From NCBI RefSeq assembly GCF_001194135.2, contig NC_068988.1, positions 51,437,773 through 51,501,772 on the forward strand: a stretch of DNA of 64,000 nucleotides, given 5' to 3'. Of this stretch, positions 1-11,485 are shown piece after piece; position 1 is the stretch's first letter; each line of letters begins with the position of its first letter. The translations under genes were made by a program, and so were the position numbers. A model generated the notes under the pieces. It did no database searches and had not been told where the DNA came from. It saw nothing but the letters and a program-made list of their open reading frames with translations. Source of the DNA: Octopus bimaculoides. Its lineage: Eukaryota.

Positions 1-223
1 TTTTTTTTTTTTTTTTTTTTTTCTGTAAGCTTATACAGATGTATATATAAACACACACACAAATAAGTGCCTAATTTTTTATGTGTGCCTATCTATGAAA
101 TATTCTTTTCACTACCTTGAAAGACATTCTCTGAAATAATTTTTAGATGACTGACTATTTTGAAAAACTACGGAGTAAACATAATAATCAAGCATTTTAT
201 TTGCTTTTTGTATAAAAAGTATT

Positions 224-417
224 TACTGTATTTGATGGCATAAAAGATGCACGGGCATACTAAACACACCCCAATTTCAGCAAGCGCATTAAAGAAGAAA
301 AGTTTTTAGTGCATTAAATCATATAATATAGGTCTAACTTTGCATATACAACACGGTGATTTTCTTTTCATTTTTTTGTGGTGGGGAAATGAAAGTTATA
401 TGCCATAAAATACAGTA
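224..417. mobile_element. Tc1/pogo(Tigger)-type MITE
   Basis: Imperfect TIRs ta-ctgtatttgatggcataaaa / ttatatgccataaaatacag-ta with TA at both ends. A second copy lies at 58321-58514. Confidence 0.65.
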
Positions 418-771
418 TGCGTAATATTTGAAAATATCTGTTATCAAATTGACCAATGAAAATACAGTTATGTATAACACAACTTCAACAAACATGGGTT
501 TGTGAAAATTAAATATCTTGAACTTTCATTTTTTAAGACAGCAAGATAAATGAACATTATTATTATGGAACAGTGTTTTGGTTAATTGGGAATTATTATA
601 GTACTTACGTTTTGTATACCCCCCTCTCCTTGTACACATGAACCAGCATTAATGAATGCTAATCAGTTGATTATCAAGACTTAGAAGGGAATCATCTGTC
701 TGTTGACTTCCTTCAAGATACATCAGTTTTCATGTCATTCTTTCAATAATAAACTGCCAATGACCACACTT

Positions 772-921
772 GTTCTGAGTTCAAATTCCACTGAGGTCAC
801 TTTTGCCTTTCATCCTTTCAGGGTCAATAAATTAAGTACCAGTTGCGTACTGGGGGCAATCTAATCGACTGGCCCCCTCCCAAAAAATTTCGGGCCTTGT
901 GCCTAGAGTAGAAAACAAAAG
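772..921 (+). mobile_element. 5'-truncated SINE family A copy with 13-bp target-site duplication
   Basis: TSD aatgaccacactt at 759-771 and 922-934. Body gttctgagttcaaattcc...gactttgcctttcatcc...aagtaccagt...gccttgtgcc recurs at about 1950-2260, 3025-3433, 17578-17705, 27815-28020(-), 36390-36570(-), 41228-41845 and 42110-42350. Confidence 0.8.
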
Positions 922-3024
922 AATGACCACACTTAGTTCCATGTTATCAACCTATCCAACCTAAATCCTGCAACAATGACATAGAATTTCACTCCAACAT
1001 AGCATTTGAGCTATATTCTAAACAGGAGTGAAGGTTTAAAATTAATTTTTTTCTTTATACCCTGCTTCCCTAATATGTGTTGGCATGGCCATATAGGAAG
1101 TAATTCTCTTTGCGACCATGTTTTTTTTTTTTTATGGGAGTCTCAGAGCCCTGATATTTTGGGCGTGTAATCAACTATCACAGCTTGAGGTTGACCAATG
1201 CTATGTGTGAAATGGCCAATCTTTGTATGTGTCTATAACCCTTACAGATGCATATCAAGGAAAGTTGGACACATTGACAAGAAAACAATAAACCAGTGCA
1301 TTCTAACAAAAGTATTTTGTAGTATTTTATTCAGCTTGAGGTGCTGATGTTCTTTCTAGCTGTCAGAAATATATAAAACCAAAACAAATCCTTGAGTTAT
1401 TTTGAAAATTTATTGAATTTCTTAGACTATTTCTCAGAAGAATTTTGCCATGATTCTGACATTCAGTTTAGTCATACCCAGCAATTTTTCCATGGCCTAG
1501 ATAATTTTAAGACGGATTATATTTGTTTTTGATGTAAACTATAGTTTGACTTGAATAATTTATTTTTTAGTCCAATACATCCTAATTTAGGATATCAAAG
1601 AGAGTGCATCATCTTCACTAATGTTATAAGATAATATCAATTTGATATCATGGGATTCTTTCTGACAATGTCTGTGATTTCTAATCAATAGACCTTTGTG
1701 GAACTCCTGTACTAAATTTGCAGGCTATTTTCTTCTCTTTGGCTTTCTGTCTTTGGTGATATATTTCCATTGCTCTTAAAGTAACATTAATACCTATGGT
1801 TGCTTGGTCTACTAAAAATAGCAGCCAAATCTCTCTCAAATCACATCCTACCATTTTAAAAGGAAGGTCACATTAGATAATGTAGCCTGTTGGAAACCCA
1901 AAAATGGGAAGATCTGATTACTGAGAGCAAAATCATTATTACTCTAAAAATAGTGAGCTAGCAGAATCAGTAGAGCATCAATGGTAAAAATGCTTTGCTG
2001 TATTTTTTCCAATTCTCTCTACCTTCTGAGTCTAAACCCTACTGAGATCAGCTTTGCCTTTCATCCTTTTTGGGTTGATGAAATACCATCCAGTAAAGTA
2101 CTGAAATAGATATCAACTAACCCCTTTATGTTCTGTGTTCAAATACTATCAAAGCCAATTTTGTCTTTCATTCAGTATCAGCCAAGTACTGGGGTCATGT
2201 AATTGACAAACCCTACTCTCCCTAAAATTGCTGACCTTGTGCCAAAATTTCAAGTCATTATTTGTCATTTCTTTCCTTTTTATCTTTTTCTTACAAGCTC
2301 ATAAATCCTCTGTTTGGAAGGAAAATATCTTTAGTTCATTGAGGTGATATTGTTTGTATTAGGCAAGGCCAATGAGTGCAAAGTTTGTTGTACCTTGGTT
2401 ACCTTGTGCATAAAATAGTACTGATTGCTCTTTTAAACATTGAGTACCTGTCAAAGATAATGTCAACCCTCCTTTTCCTTAGATACTTTTCTCTTTTCTT
2501 CTACTGTTTTACTGCTGATAGTTAATCTGTGTTAATCTTTTGAGACACAAACACCTATCCTGTACAATATACTTTTGTTCATTCTATTAAGATCCTTATC
2601 CGGGCTTTAACACTTCAATCATGGTGACTTGCTAAACTGCCATAAATCCCAGAGGATCAAGTTGTGCTCTATATTGCCTTAGTTAAACTGGTTCTTATCT
2701 GATTCCAAGATTACAAAACTATTTTCCAGCATGCGTATTGAACTTAAGTTAAATCTAACGAAGACTAATAACTATTACAAGTAGATGCTTAAGTGCTTCA
2801 ATTTAAATTTGGCCATAAATATTTTAGTCGAATGACTTTCTCCAATAATTACTGATTTCCTGTAATATGACTTTGTCACTTTAGAACATGTATCTCTTGC
2901 TAGCATTCTTTATATAGACATTTTAAATAAATCTGTAATACTATTTTTCTTCTACAATAATCAATCTTCTTGTACATTGTATAATTTTAAAAATATTCTT
3001 CTCTATCTCCTCATTATTATTATT

Positions 3025-3432
3025 AAAGCAGTGAGCTAGCAGAGTCATTAGCTCGTTAGACAAAATGCTTAGTAGCATTTCGTCTGTTTTTTCTTTCTGA
3101 GTTCAAATGCTGCCAAAGTTGACTTTGCCTCTCATCTTTTCAGGGCTGATAAAATAAGTACCAGTTGAACATTCAGGTCTATGTAACTGACTAGCCCCCT
3201 CCCCCAAAATTTCAGGTCTTGTACCTATTGTAGAAAGTGTTGGCAGAATCATTAGCATGGCGGGCAAAATGTTTTTATCCATCTTCACGTTCTGAGTTCA
3301 AATTCCACTGAAGTCAACTTTGCCTTTCATCCTTTTGAGGTGGATAAAATAAGTACCAGTTGAGCACTGGGGTCAATGTAATCAACTTACACCTTCCCCT
3401 GAAATCACTGGCCTTGTGCCAGAATTTGAAAC

Positions 3433-3478
<46 letters not shown>
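3025..3478 (+). mobile_element. Two tandem SINE family A copies ending in an (ATT)n tail
   Basis: Head gagctagcaga, B-box-like gttcaaattcc and shared body, repeated twice. (ATT)n tail at 3434-3478. Confidence 0.75.
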
Positions 3479-3481
<3 letters not shown>

Positions 3482-3835
3482 CAAAAGCTATTATATGGTA
3501 ATTTAATAAGCAAGGATCATTTTGAGGTTTGGTCGACAAGTCTCCTCAAACCTCAGGAATCTTTCTTATGATTCTTGCAGAATACAGGATGATGCTTTTC
3601 TGCCTGTTGACAACATGTCTTAATTTCAGTATCCTTCAATCCTTTTGGTAGCATTTTAATTGTGCCAAGTGCATCAAATACCTCAGAAACATCTGTCACC
3701 TTTGAGCTCTGCAATCATTTCAACTCACTGGTTTGGTCTTGATATTTCTCAATTTCCACTATTATCACATGGTATTGCAAAGTCAATGATCTAAGAATTA
3801 TTTTTACATAACCCAAATTTGATGATAGTTCACCC
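3479..3835 (-). mobile_element. Decayed 3' end of an R4/Dong-like (restriction-like endonuclease) non-LTR retrotransposon
   Basis: Minus-strand translation across frameshifts: IIDFAIPCD / VEIEKYQDQTSELK / VFDALGTIK / RQKSIILYSARIIRKIPEV*. This matches the RLE C-terminal pattern IDIAxPxD..EKxxKYQDL..GALGT..LQKxxLLGTARILRKVL. Ends in (TAA)n. Confidence 0.75.
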
Positions 3836-5584
3836 TCTTCTGATTTTTATTAATTTATAGGCATACACTTTTATTATTGTAGTTATATCATTTATGCAGT
3901 GTGCTAGTGATGTTTATTGTTTATCAGAGGAGGGAGGCAGGTGCACATGACCCTTTTTCAGGTTCCCTAAGACTTGTGGTAGGAAGGGAAGAAAGAGAAA
4001 AGTTTTACTCAGGCTAGAGATCTAGATTGAATGCTTGTAGCAGAATGGACTCCATTAAAGGTACCCAGGGACTGGATGATGACGACATTAAGGTGACCAG
4101 CTGACATGACTTTGCTTATTCTGACTCATTCTATATAGGAACCACCTTTCTATAATAGTTGACTAACTGAAGTATATAGGCAGTTTTCTCATTAGAAATG
4201 TAGTTGTGAAAAGATAAATACAAAATTGTGTTGCTGTTTATGTGTGTACGTATGTGTATATATATATATATATCAAGTCTACTCTAACCCAGAGTTGAAG
4301 CATCTGCCAAGGTTTTAGCTGTAGGTTAATTAGCATGTTGTGGAATTACCTCTGCAAGAAAATCTCTCACAGACACCCCAACAGACCCAAGGTAGGTAAG
4401 GCCCCTCAGCTCTTTAGCTGCTCATCTAAGAGAAAGTAACATACAGATCCTGCATCCTGATAACTGCTGAGCTTGTGACGTTTGAAGAGCGAAAGATTGG
4501 GACTGGGTCTGCACAACCCACTGCTCAGATCATGACTGTTATAATAATATTTGTAGTAACATATTCAAATTAAAATGTTTTAGGCGATTAGTAAGGTGGC
4601 TATTGTCTTTTATTAGACTCATTGAATGTTTGCTGCTTTCTGTATTTTTTTTCTTTTTCATTCTTTCCTGTGTTCTTATTTTCTCACTGGTTTCACCAAT
4701 TTTGACTGTTATTGTGCCAGGAAACACCTTCAGTAGATTTAGTCAGTTTTATCTCCACTGTTTATTATGGTGATCTATATTTTATCAATTGGCTAAGGTA
4801 CCAATTTGACACCACACTGGTTATTTTTAAGTATTGGTGGTGGTATGTGAGTCATGTAAACAGAAATATGGACACACATATGTTGGACTTCAGCACAGTT
4901 TCTGTCTATCAAATTCTATTTACATGTTATTGATAGTAGAAGACACCCAATGTGCTGTTCAGTGGAGGGAAATGTAAAACCACAAGGTTGCATGGTTAAC
5001 TTCTTAACCACAAGTTGTGTATGTTTTAGCTTTTCATTCTTGGATATCATTTTGTTCTTTATGTCCCCCACCACCACCACCACCACCACACACATACTTA
5101 CCCCACTGTGACTATTATGAATTTGTATATGAGTTTTCTATTTAACTGGTGACATTAATAAATATAGATTACCACTCAATTAGATATTTCCAAGACTAAA
5201 TGTAGAGTAAGTTTATAAAAGATGATTGTCATATTACTTTATCTATTAGTTAACTATTTATTCCATTTATAATATGTAAATAATGAAATGCTGATGTGTA
5301 CCACTTAAAATAATCAATAGATTATTTGCCTGTCACTGTGTGTTGTAGAAAAAAAAAAACAATAGTTTGTTTGTGAATCACTCCATGTCATTTGGTGCAG
5401 TTTTGTTTTTATCTTTTTGTATATGTCACATTTTTGATTTACAACTACACAAGGTTATGACTGCTTAGTTTCACCTACTGTTACAAGTTCACAAATCAAA
5501 CAGTAGCTTTATGAAGCTAGCTTGCCAGCAAATTATTTGGTATATCTTTAATTCGCCATTATTTGTCTATCTCTAAAAAGTTAT

Positions 5585-5855
5585 CATCATCGTTCTTTTA
5601 ACTTGGGTTTTGTTGGAACGCCTGGAATCTTGCATAAGTAGCTGGCTTGCTACCTGCAGTCTATGGCACCATATTCTCTTCAATTATCAAATACTTTCCT
5701 GATGATTCCGGCCATGCCAAGGAGGCAAACTGTTTACCACAGCTCTACTGGGCATTCTATTTCCATTTCCTTTATGTTCCTCTCGATATTTGTTGATATT
5801 GTCCCCAACAACAATTAGCACAATCTTCACCTTTTCCATCCTCTACTTACTATTA
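5585..5855 (-). mobile_element. Second decayed R4/Dong-like 3' fragment
   Basis: Minus strand reads KVKIVLIVVG / TISTNIERNIKEMEIECPVELW*TVCLLGMAGIIRKVFDN*, the same RLE C-terminal pattern. Confidence 0.7.
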
Positions 5856-6159
5856 TTGTTATTGTCATAAGTTGTTTTATTCCATAGTTTTGACAGCAAC
5901 AGCCATTGTTGTAAGTCCCTCATTGATCAAGACCAAACTTGCTCTCTAGAAATACAAGATCTGATGGCGCACTAAATAAAATTCCCTATCCAGCTCATCA
6001 GAAGGAGCAATCAGCTGTGATATTCTGATGTACAAACCTACCAAACTAACCAATGCATATTGCAGTGGTAGAGAAATGAAGATATTATGCTCACAGGCTT
6101 TGTATTTACTTAATTACTTAAACTAGTTTTTTTTCATTTTAGATTAGTCATATTTTGAG

Positions 6160-6520
6160 CATTGGGCCTCACGGAGACAAGGTGGCCAATGCCAGTGGCA
6201 CATGAAAAGCACCTTTCGAGTGTTGGGCCTCACAGAGGCAATGACGAATGACTGAGATCTTTGGCATTATTGCATGCTTGCGAAGACTCGTCAAGCCAGA
6301 TAAAATTGCAGTTGTGACAGATACTGGCATCACAGAAATTGCACCCATGCCGGTGGCACATAAAAGCACCCGTTATACCCTCAGAGTAGCTGGTATTAGG
6401 AAGGGCATCCAGCTGCAGAAACCATGCCAAATCAGACTGGAGTTTGGTGCAGCCTTCCAGCTTACCAGCCCTGGTCAAACCGTCCAACCCATGCCAGCAT
6501 GAACAATAGATGTTAAATGA
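6160..6520 (+). mobile_element. SINE family C (aggaagggcatccagc core; tccaacccatgccagcatg...ttaaatgatgat tail)
   Basis: Homologous copies at about 8410-8753(-), 10089-10275(+), 16240-16517(-), 19575-19770(-), 30660-31030(-), 50390-50545(+), 51310-51540(-), 54720-54940(-) and 56010-56250(-). Confidence 0.75.
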
Positions 6521-8518
6521 TTAGTTATATTTTCCCATTTAGTATCAATGGTTTTTTTTTTATGATAATTAGACAATTCATCTCTGTTGAGAAGTCTAAT
6601 ATTCCAGCACATTAATGTTTGGTACAAATGTTCTGATTAGTTTCAAATCTTCTTGGCAAAATTTTTGGTAGATGTGTTGGTGATGGTGGAGAATTTGTCC
6701 CTGTTAATCACACTTTACAAAGAGGGTAAACAGTTGTATTGAAATATTGTCCTTCCTACAAATTCAATGTACCTTGACTTCATAGACCTGATAGGAATTG
6801 ATATTTTCACTATTTCTTATGAGTTATTAATTTATTTGTTCATTCTAGAAGCTATTTTGGTGGCATTAATTTATCAGCAAACCAAATCTCTCCTACATAA
6901 TTTGGATTTCCATTTAGAACTACTTACCATTGAGAAAGGCATACAGATCACACTTTCTCATTTCTTTTCCCTTGTTTGTTAATGTTTTTTCCACCATCAT
7001 AATGTCCTGCTGGACTAGTCAATATGTTGTTTCTAACCACATAATTTCTCTAACAATTGGCTTGTTTAATATTGTACATAGTTTGTCAAACCTCTTTTGT
7101 TCAGTGGTGGTACCATAGCCAATATGAGTTATAGGAGGTGTGGTTATTGCTAATTGAAAGTCATATATACATAACTAAAAGCTACTTGGTCAAACAAATT
7201 ATTTTCTGTGCCCCAAAAAGACCAAGCTTATTGTTTGTGAGAACTTCATTTACAATTTTGCTTTCATGAACTAGATGACTAATTTAACAGTTTAATGGTA
7301 TTGATGATGATGTTGTTGATGATGATGATGATGATGGTAATAGTGGTGGTTTGAGAGAAACAGTTTAAGGACACAGATTTGCTAAATTGGTGTCTTTCAC
7401 CAAGTATGTTGCACTATTAGAGTCATGTTCAAAGAGCTGGAAGAGTAGTTTAATATAGAGCAAGTATATTTTAAAGGTTAATGTGTGAGAAAGCACCACA
7501 ATGTTAAAACGAGGGAACCAGTGGGTTCAATTTGAAGAGAAGGCACTATTATCAGTTTAAGAGTATGTGCATGTGTAAATTAGAGATATAAAAATTAGAC
7601 AACTTAATGTTTTGTTTATTTCTTATTAACTTTAATTATTTTTAAATGCTTCTTTAATATTTCTGGTTTTAAATTTCATCTTTCAGAGGCAGAGTTTCTA
7701 TTTTATTTTCCCCCTGACTCCTTATTATTATCATCACTATCTTCTTTTGTTTTACATTCATTTCTCCATACTAATATGGGTTGGACAGTTCTGCATGAAG
7801 ACTCTTCCCCCCCCCCCTAATTTTTGTTCATGAAACAATTTCTCTTAAAAGTCTCTTCTTTCTGTAAATAGATACCATATACAAGTCTGCTGCAGTCCTC
7901 TATGTACTCAAGTGAATTATTGAATTATTGCACATCTTACAAACACACACATTTGTGAATGAGCAAAATATATACAACACATACACGTGTGTGTACAATA
8001 TGTAGCCCATGCTAGCATAGAAAAATGGATGTAAAAAATGAACATATGTATCNNNNNNNNNNNNNNNNNNNNNNNNNNNNNNNNNNNNNNNNNNNNNNNN
8101 NNNNNNNNNNNNNNNNNNNNNNNNNNNNNNNNNNNNNNNNNNNNNNNNNNNNNNNNNNNNNNNNNNNNNNNNNNNNNNNNNNNNNNNNNNNNNNNNNNNN
8201 NNNNNNNNNNNNNNNNNNNNNNNNNNNNNNNNNNNNNNNNNNNNNNNNNNNNNNNNNNNNNNNNNNNNNNNNNNNNNNNNNNNNNNNNNNNNNNNNNNNN
8301 NNNNNNNNNNNNNNNNNNNNNNNNNNNNNNNNNNNNNNNNNNNNNNNNNNNNNNNNNNNNNNNNNNNNNNNNNNNNNNNNNNNNNNNNNNNNNNNNNNNN
8401 NNNNNNNNNCAACACCAGGCTCCAATCTGATTTGGCAGAGTTTCTACAGCTGAATGCCCTTCCTAACGCCAACCACTCAGAGAGTGTAGTGGGTGCTTTT
8501 ACGTGTCACCCGCACGAA

Positions 8519-8753
8519 GGCCAGTCAGGCAGTACTGGCAACGGCCACGCTCAAAATGGTGTATTTTATGTGCCACCCACACAAGAGCCAGTCCAGGGGC
8601 ACTGGCAACAATCTTGCTTGAAAATCCTACGATGGCCAGTCAGGCGGTACTGGCAACGGCCACGCTCAAAATGGTGTATTTTATATGCCACCCGCACAAG
8701 AGCCAGTCCAGGGACACTGGCAACGATCTCGCTCGAAAATCCTACGAAGGCCA
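8519..8753. repeat. 115-bp tandem duplication inside a family C SINE
   Basis: Units start at 8519, 8634 and 8749 (truncated). A related unit at 16428-16517 runs into a gap. Confidence 0.85.
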
Positions 8754-8846
8754 TATATATAATTGTCTTTTGTTTTTGTCTAGTTATATACAAAAGCCAT
8801 ATAACATTGAAAGAATACTCAATACTTTTTAGTAAAGCACATGTTT

Positions 8847-8976
8847 ATTAAACTTTTACAATTAACAGGGTGACAGTGACTTCGAAGTTCTGCCTGTTAG
8901 CCTTCATCAGTCTGTCAAAGGTTGACAGGCTGAAACATCAAAGTCACTTTCAGCTCCCTATCTGTAAAAGTTTAAT
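8847..8976. mobile_element. Short imperfect palindrome carrying a degenerate type I hammerhead-like motif (Penelope-like relic)
   Basis: Arms attaaacttttaca...gtgactt...cagtctgtcaa / ttgacaggctg...aagtcac...tgtaaaagtttaat. Minus strand 8918-8871 reads TTGACAGA-CTGATGA-A-GGCTAACAGGCA-GAAC-TTCGAA-GTC-ACTGTCA. Confidence 0.55.
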
Positions 8977-9689
8977 ATATAATTTGGTTACTTTCTGATA
9001 CAATAACAGCAATCAATACAGTTGACATATACTACACAATCACTTAATGCATCACACACAATTTAATCATTGCTAGTCATTTCTTCTCAATTCACTAACC
9101 AAAAAGCTGATTGAATGAAACCATAGTACAGAAATGTAAACTTGTTTACTTTACATGTGAATAAACACATTTATTTGTAATCGTTTATTAGTGCCATTTT
9201 CAAGTTTTTGTTTTTTTTTGCTTTTCTTCTCTCTTAGTTCATGATGGTGCATGCAATATTTAGTTCTGTTATTTTAGTTTAGCATTTATTTCATCAATCT
9301 CTCTCAAGTAGCTTGGTTTCACCTTTTTTTTATATAAAGAACCACAACCTGATGTACCAATTTTCATTGGTATCCATGTATGTGCATTTGCATATATGTA
9401 TACATACAAGAAGCATCTGCTTTTGCACTTCTCTGAAAATCACTCAACTATGGGCAGTGACATTGCTATCATTACCCCTGTCAACTGGTCCTCTACTAGC
9501 TTTGTGCCTTTGAAGGCATGTGGAATAAGGTATCTTGTACATGAAGAATAGGCAAAGTTTAGCATCCGGCCTTAAAACAGTACTTCAATTTTTCTATGCT
9601 AGCATGGGTTAGATGAATATATTATATCAATAATATATTCAATAATATATGTGAAGACAAATGTAAATAAGTACATGTATTTATATATA

Positions 9690-9725
<36 letters not shown>

Positions 9726-9728
<3 letters not shown>

Positions 9729-10031
9729 AGAATAAAAAGATTTGAATGGTACAACAATGCACTATAATACAAAAAATGGACTATATACCTGTTGTAATTT
9801 AGTTACCTATAGTCCGATGATATTTCGGAATACAATTCCTTCTTCAGATATTCTTAGATAGAGTCGCTGCTAAAACAGATTATAGCAGCAATTTCATCTA
9901 AGAATATCTGAAGAAAGAATTGTATTCCGAAATATCATTGGACTATAGGTAACTAAATTACAACAGGTATATAGTCCATTTTTTTTGTATTATAGTGCGT
10001 TATTGTACCATTCAAAACATTTTATTCTTTA
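9726..10031. mobile_element. 306-bp near-perfect palindrome (arms about 147 bp, 10-nt loop), Penelope-like or MITE relic
   Basis: 9726-9872 is the reverse complement of 9883-10031 with only scattered mismatches. Each arm contains CTGAAGA-A-(G/A)GAATTGTATTCC-GAAA-TATC. Confidence 0.8.
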
Positions 10032-10614
10032 CAAACAATACACAATGCTTCAAGCGAACTACAATACTCTCCTATATATATATATATAGTGCCTGTGGCA
10101 CGTAAAAAGCACCCACTACACTCATGGAACTGTTAGTGTTAGGAAGGGCATCCAGCTGTAGAAACTATGCGAAATCAGACTGGAACTTGGTACAGCTCTT
10201 CAGCTTAACAGTTTTCATTCAAACAATCCAACCCATGCCAGTATGGAAAACAGACGTTAAATGATGATGATGCTGATATTTGTTTGGTTCTTGAAATATC
10301 ACTAAGGTTATAACAGTACTTTGGTTATGTTATAATATTCATCTCGTCTATCTCTCTTAAAACATTGTAATCTGTATGCTATTTGTTTGTGCTAGCATGG
10401 GAATAGTGGCATGTCTTCACAGTAGTATATTTCAGTAAATTTTAATCCTGCAACATTTCTTTTCAATCTCCATTTTTAAAAATTTATTTTTACTCTAATC
10501 TCTTGTCTAGTTCGGACAAACCTTATTCTGTACTTTCTCATAACACTTAATCATCTAGATCCTATCAGCCATTTATACAACATATGCCTTAACCAATACA
10601 ATTATATTCCATAC

Positions 10615-10895
10615 ATTAGTAAAGTAAAGTCTCCCTTCAGTCATGAATGACCTTGGGATTGCACCTAGAAAGTTACCCTCCAAGGCACATGTCAGGCAAA
10701 GTTGTTTATGGAAGACCAACAGTCGCCCATGCAGCCGCAATGCACCTTGGAACCAGTGATGTCGCAACTCATTTCTATGGCTAAGTGAACTGGAGCAACC
10801 TGAAATAAAAAACACAAAACACAGCCTGGTCCAGGAATCAGACTCACTACCTTGTGGTTGTGAGCCCAATGCTCTAACCACTGATTCACATGCCT
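10615..10895 (-). mobile_element. tRNA-derived SINE (separate family, (TTTAC)n-like tail)
   Basis: Minus-strand head atcagtggttagagcattgggctcacaacc...gagtctgattcctgg has A/B-box-like motifs. The 3' end reads ...gggagactttactttact. Confidence 0.55.
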
Positions 10896-11262
10896 TCCAT
10901 ACATTGAGATATCCCTAACTACAGCTAATATTAGACATGGCACTTTTACATTCAAGAGACTTGCCACAAACATGCATACACAATTGGCAAAGTTCAGATT
11001 TTCATAAAATTAACAAGAAATTCAGTATTAAATGCAAAAGGATATGGGAATTTATGCTTTTTGCCTATTTTTAAAATATATTTTGGTCAGTTTTTATGTT
11101 GCTTTGAATATTAAAAAAAAAACCCCAAACCTGTAATATTTCAATATTGAATCATACACTGATCAGTTACCTCTATGAATTGTGAAGAACTCCTACTGCC
11201 CCTTCCCCAATAATAAAAATGGAATATTCTTGTGTGCTACACTCTATGGATCTGAATGTCTT

Positions 11263-11485
11263 TTAACTCTTTAGCATTTAAACTGGCCATATCCAGCCAA
11301 GTAGTCTACCTGTCTTATGTTCAAACTGACTAGAACCAGCCCCTCTCACCTACCCTATGATGTCATTCTAAAAATAGTCACATCGGCAAAATCTTGAAGC
11401 TATAGATAATGCATGATTAATTCAAAACAGTGTTAATAAATAAGCATTACATTTGACAAAGTAATCTGAATGCTGAAGGGGTTAA
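11263..11485. mobile_element. piggyBac-like MITE (TTAA ends)
   Basis: ttaa-ctctttagcatt ... aatgctgaagggg-ttaa. Inverted copy at 43012-43236 and partial copy at 31728-31918. Confidence 0.65.

Noticed and set aside
4275-4530. GC-richer block resembling a LINE 5' UTR that might hold an HDV-like ribozyme
   Set aside because: I could not assign the nested double-pseudoknot pairings by eye, so there is no support without a structure search.
8432-8851. ORFs with a repeated RYWQRPRSKWCIL motif; CRISPR-like or repeat-protein appearance
   Set aside because: They translate a 115-bp tandem duplication in a SINE. There are no unique spacers, no cas genes, and the context is eukaryotic.
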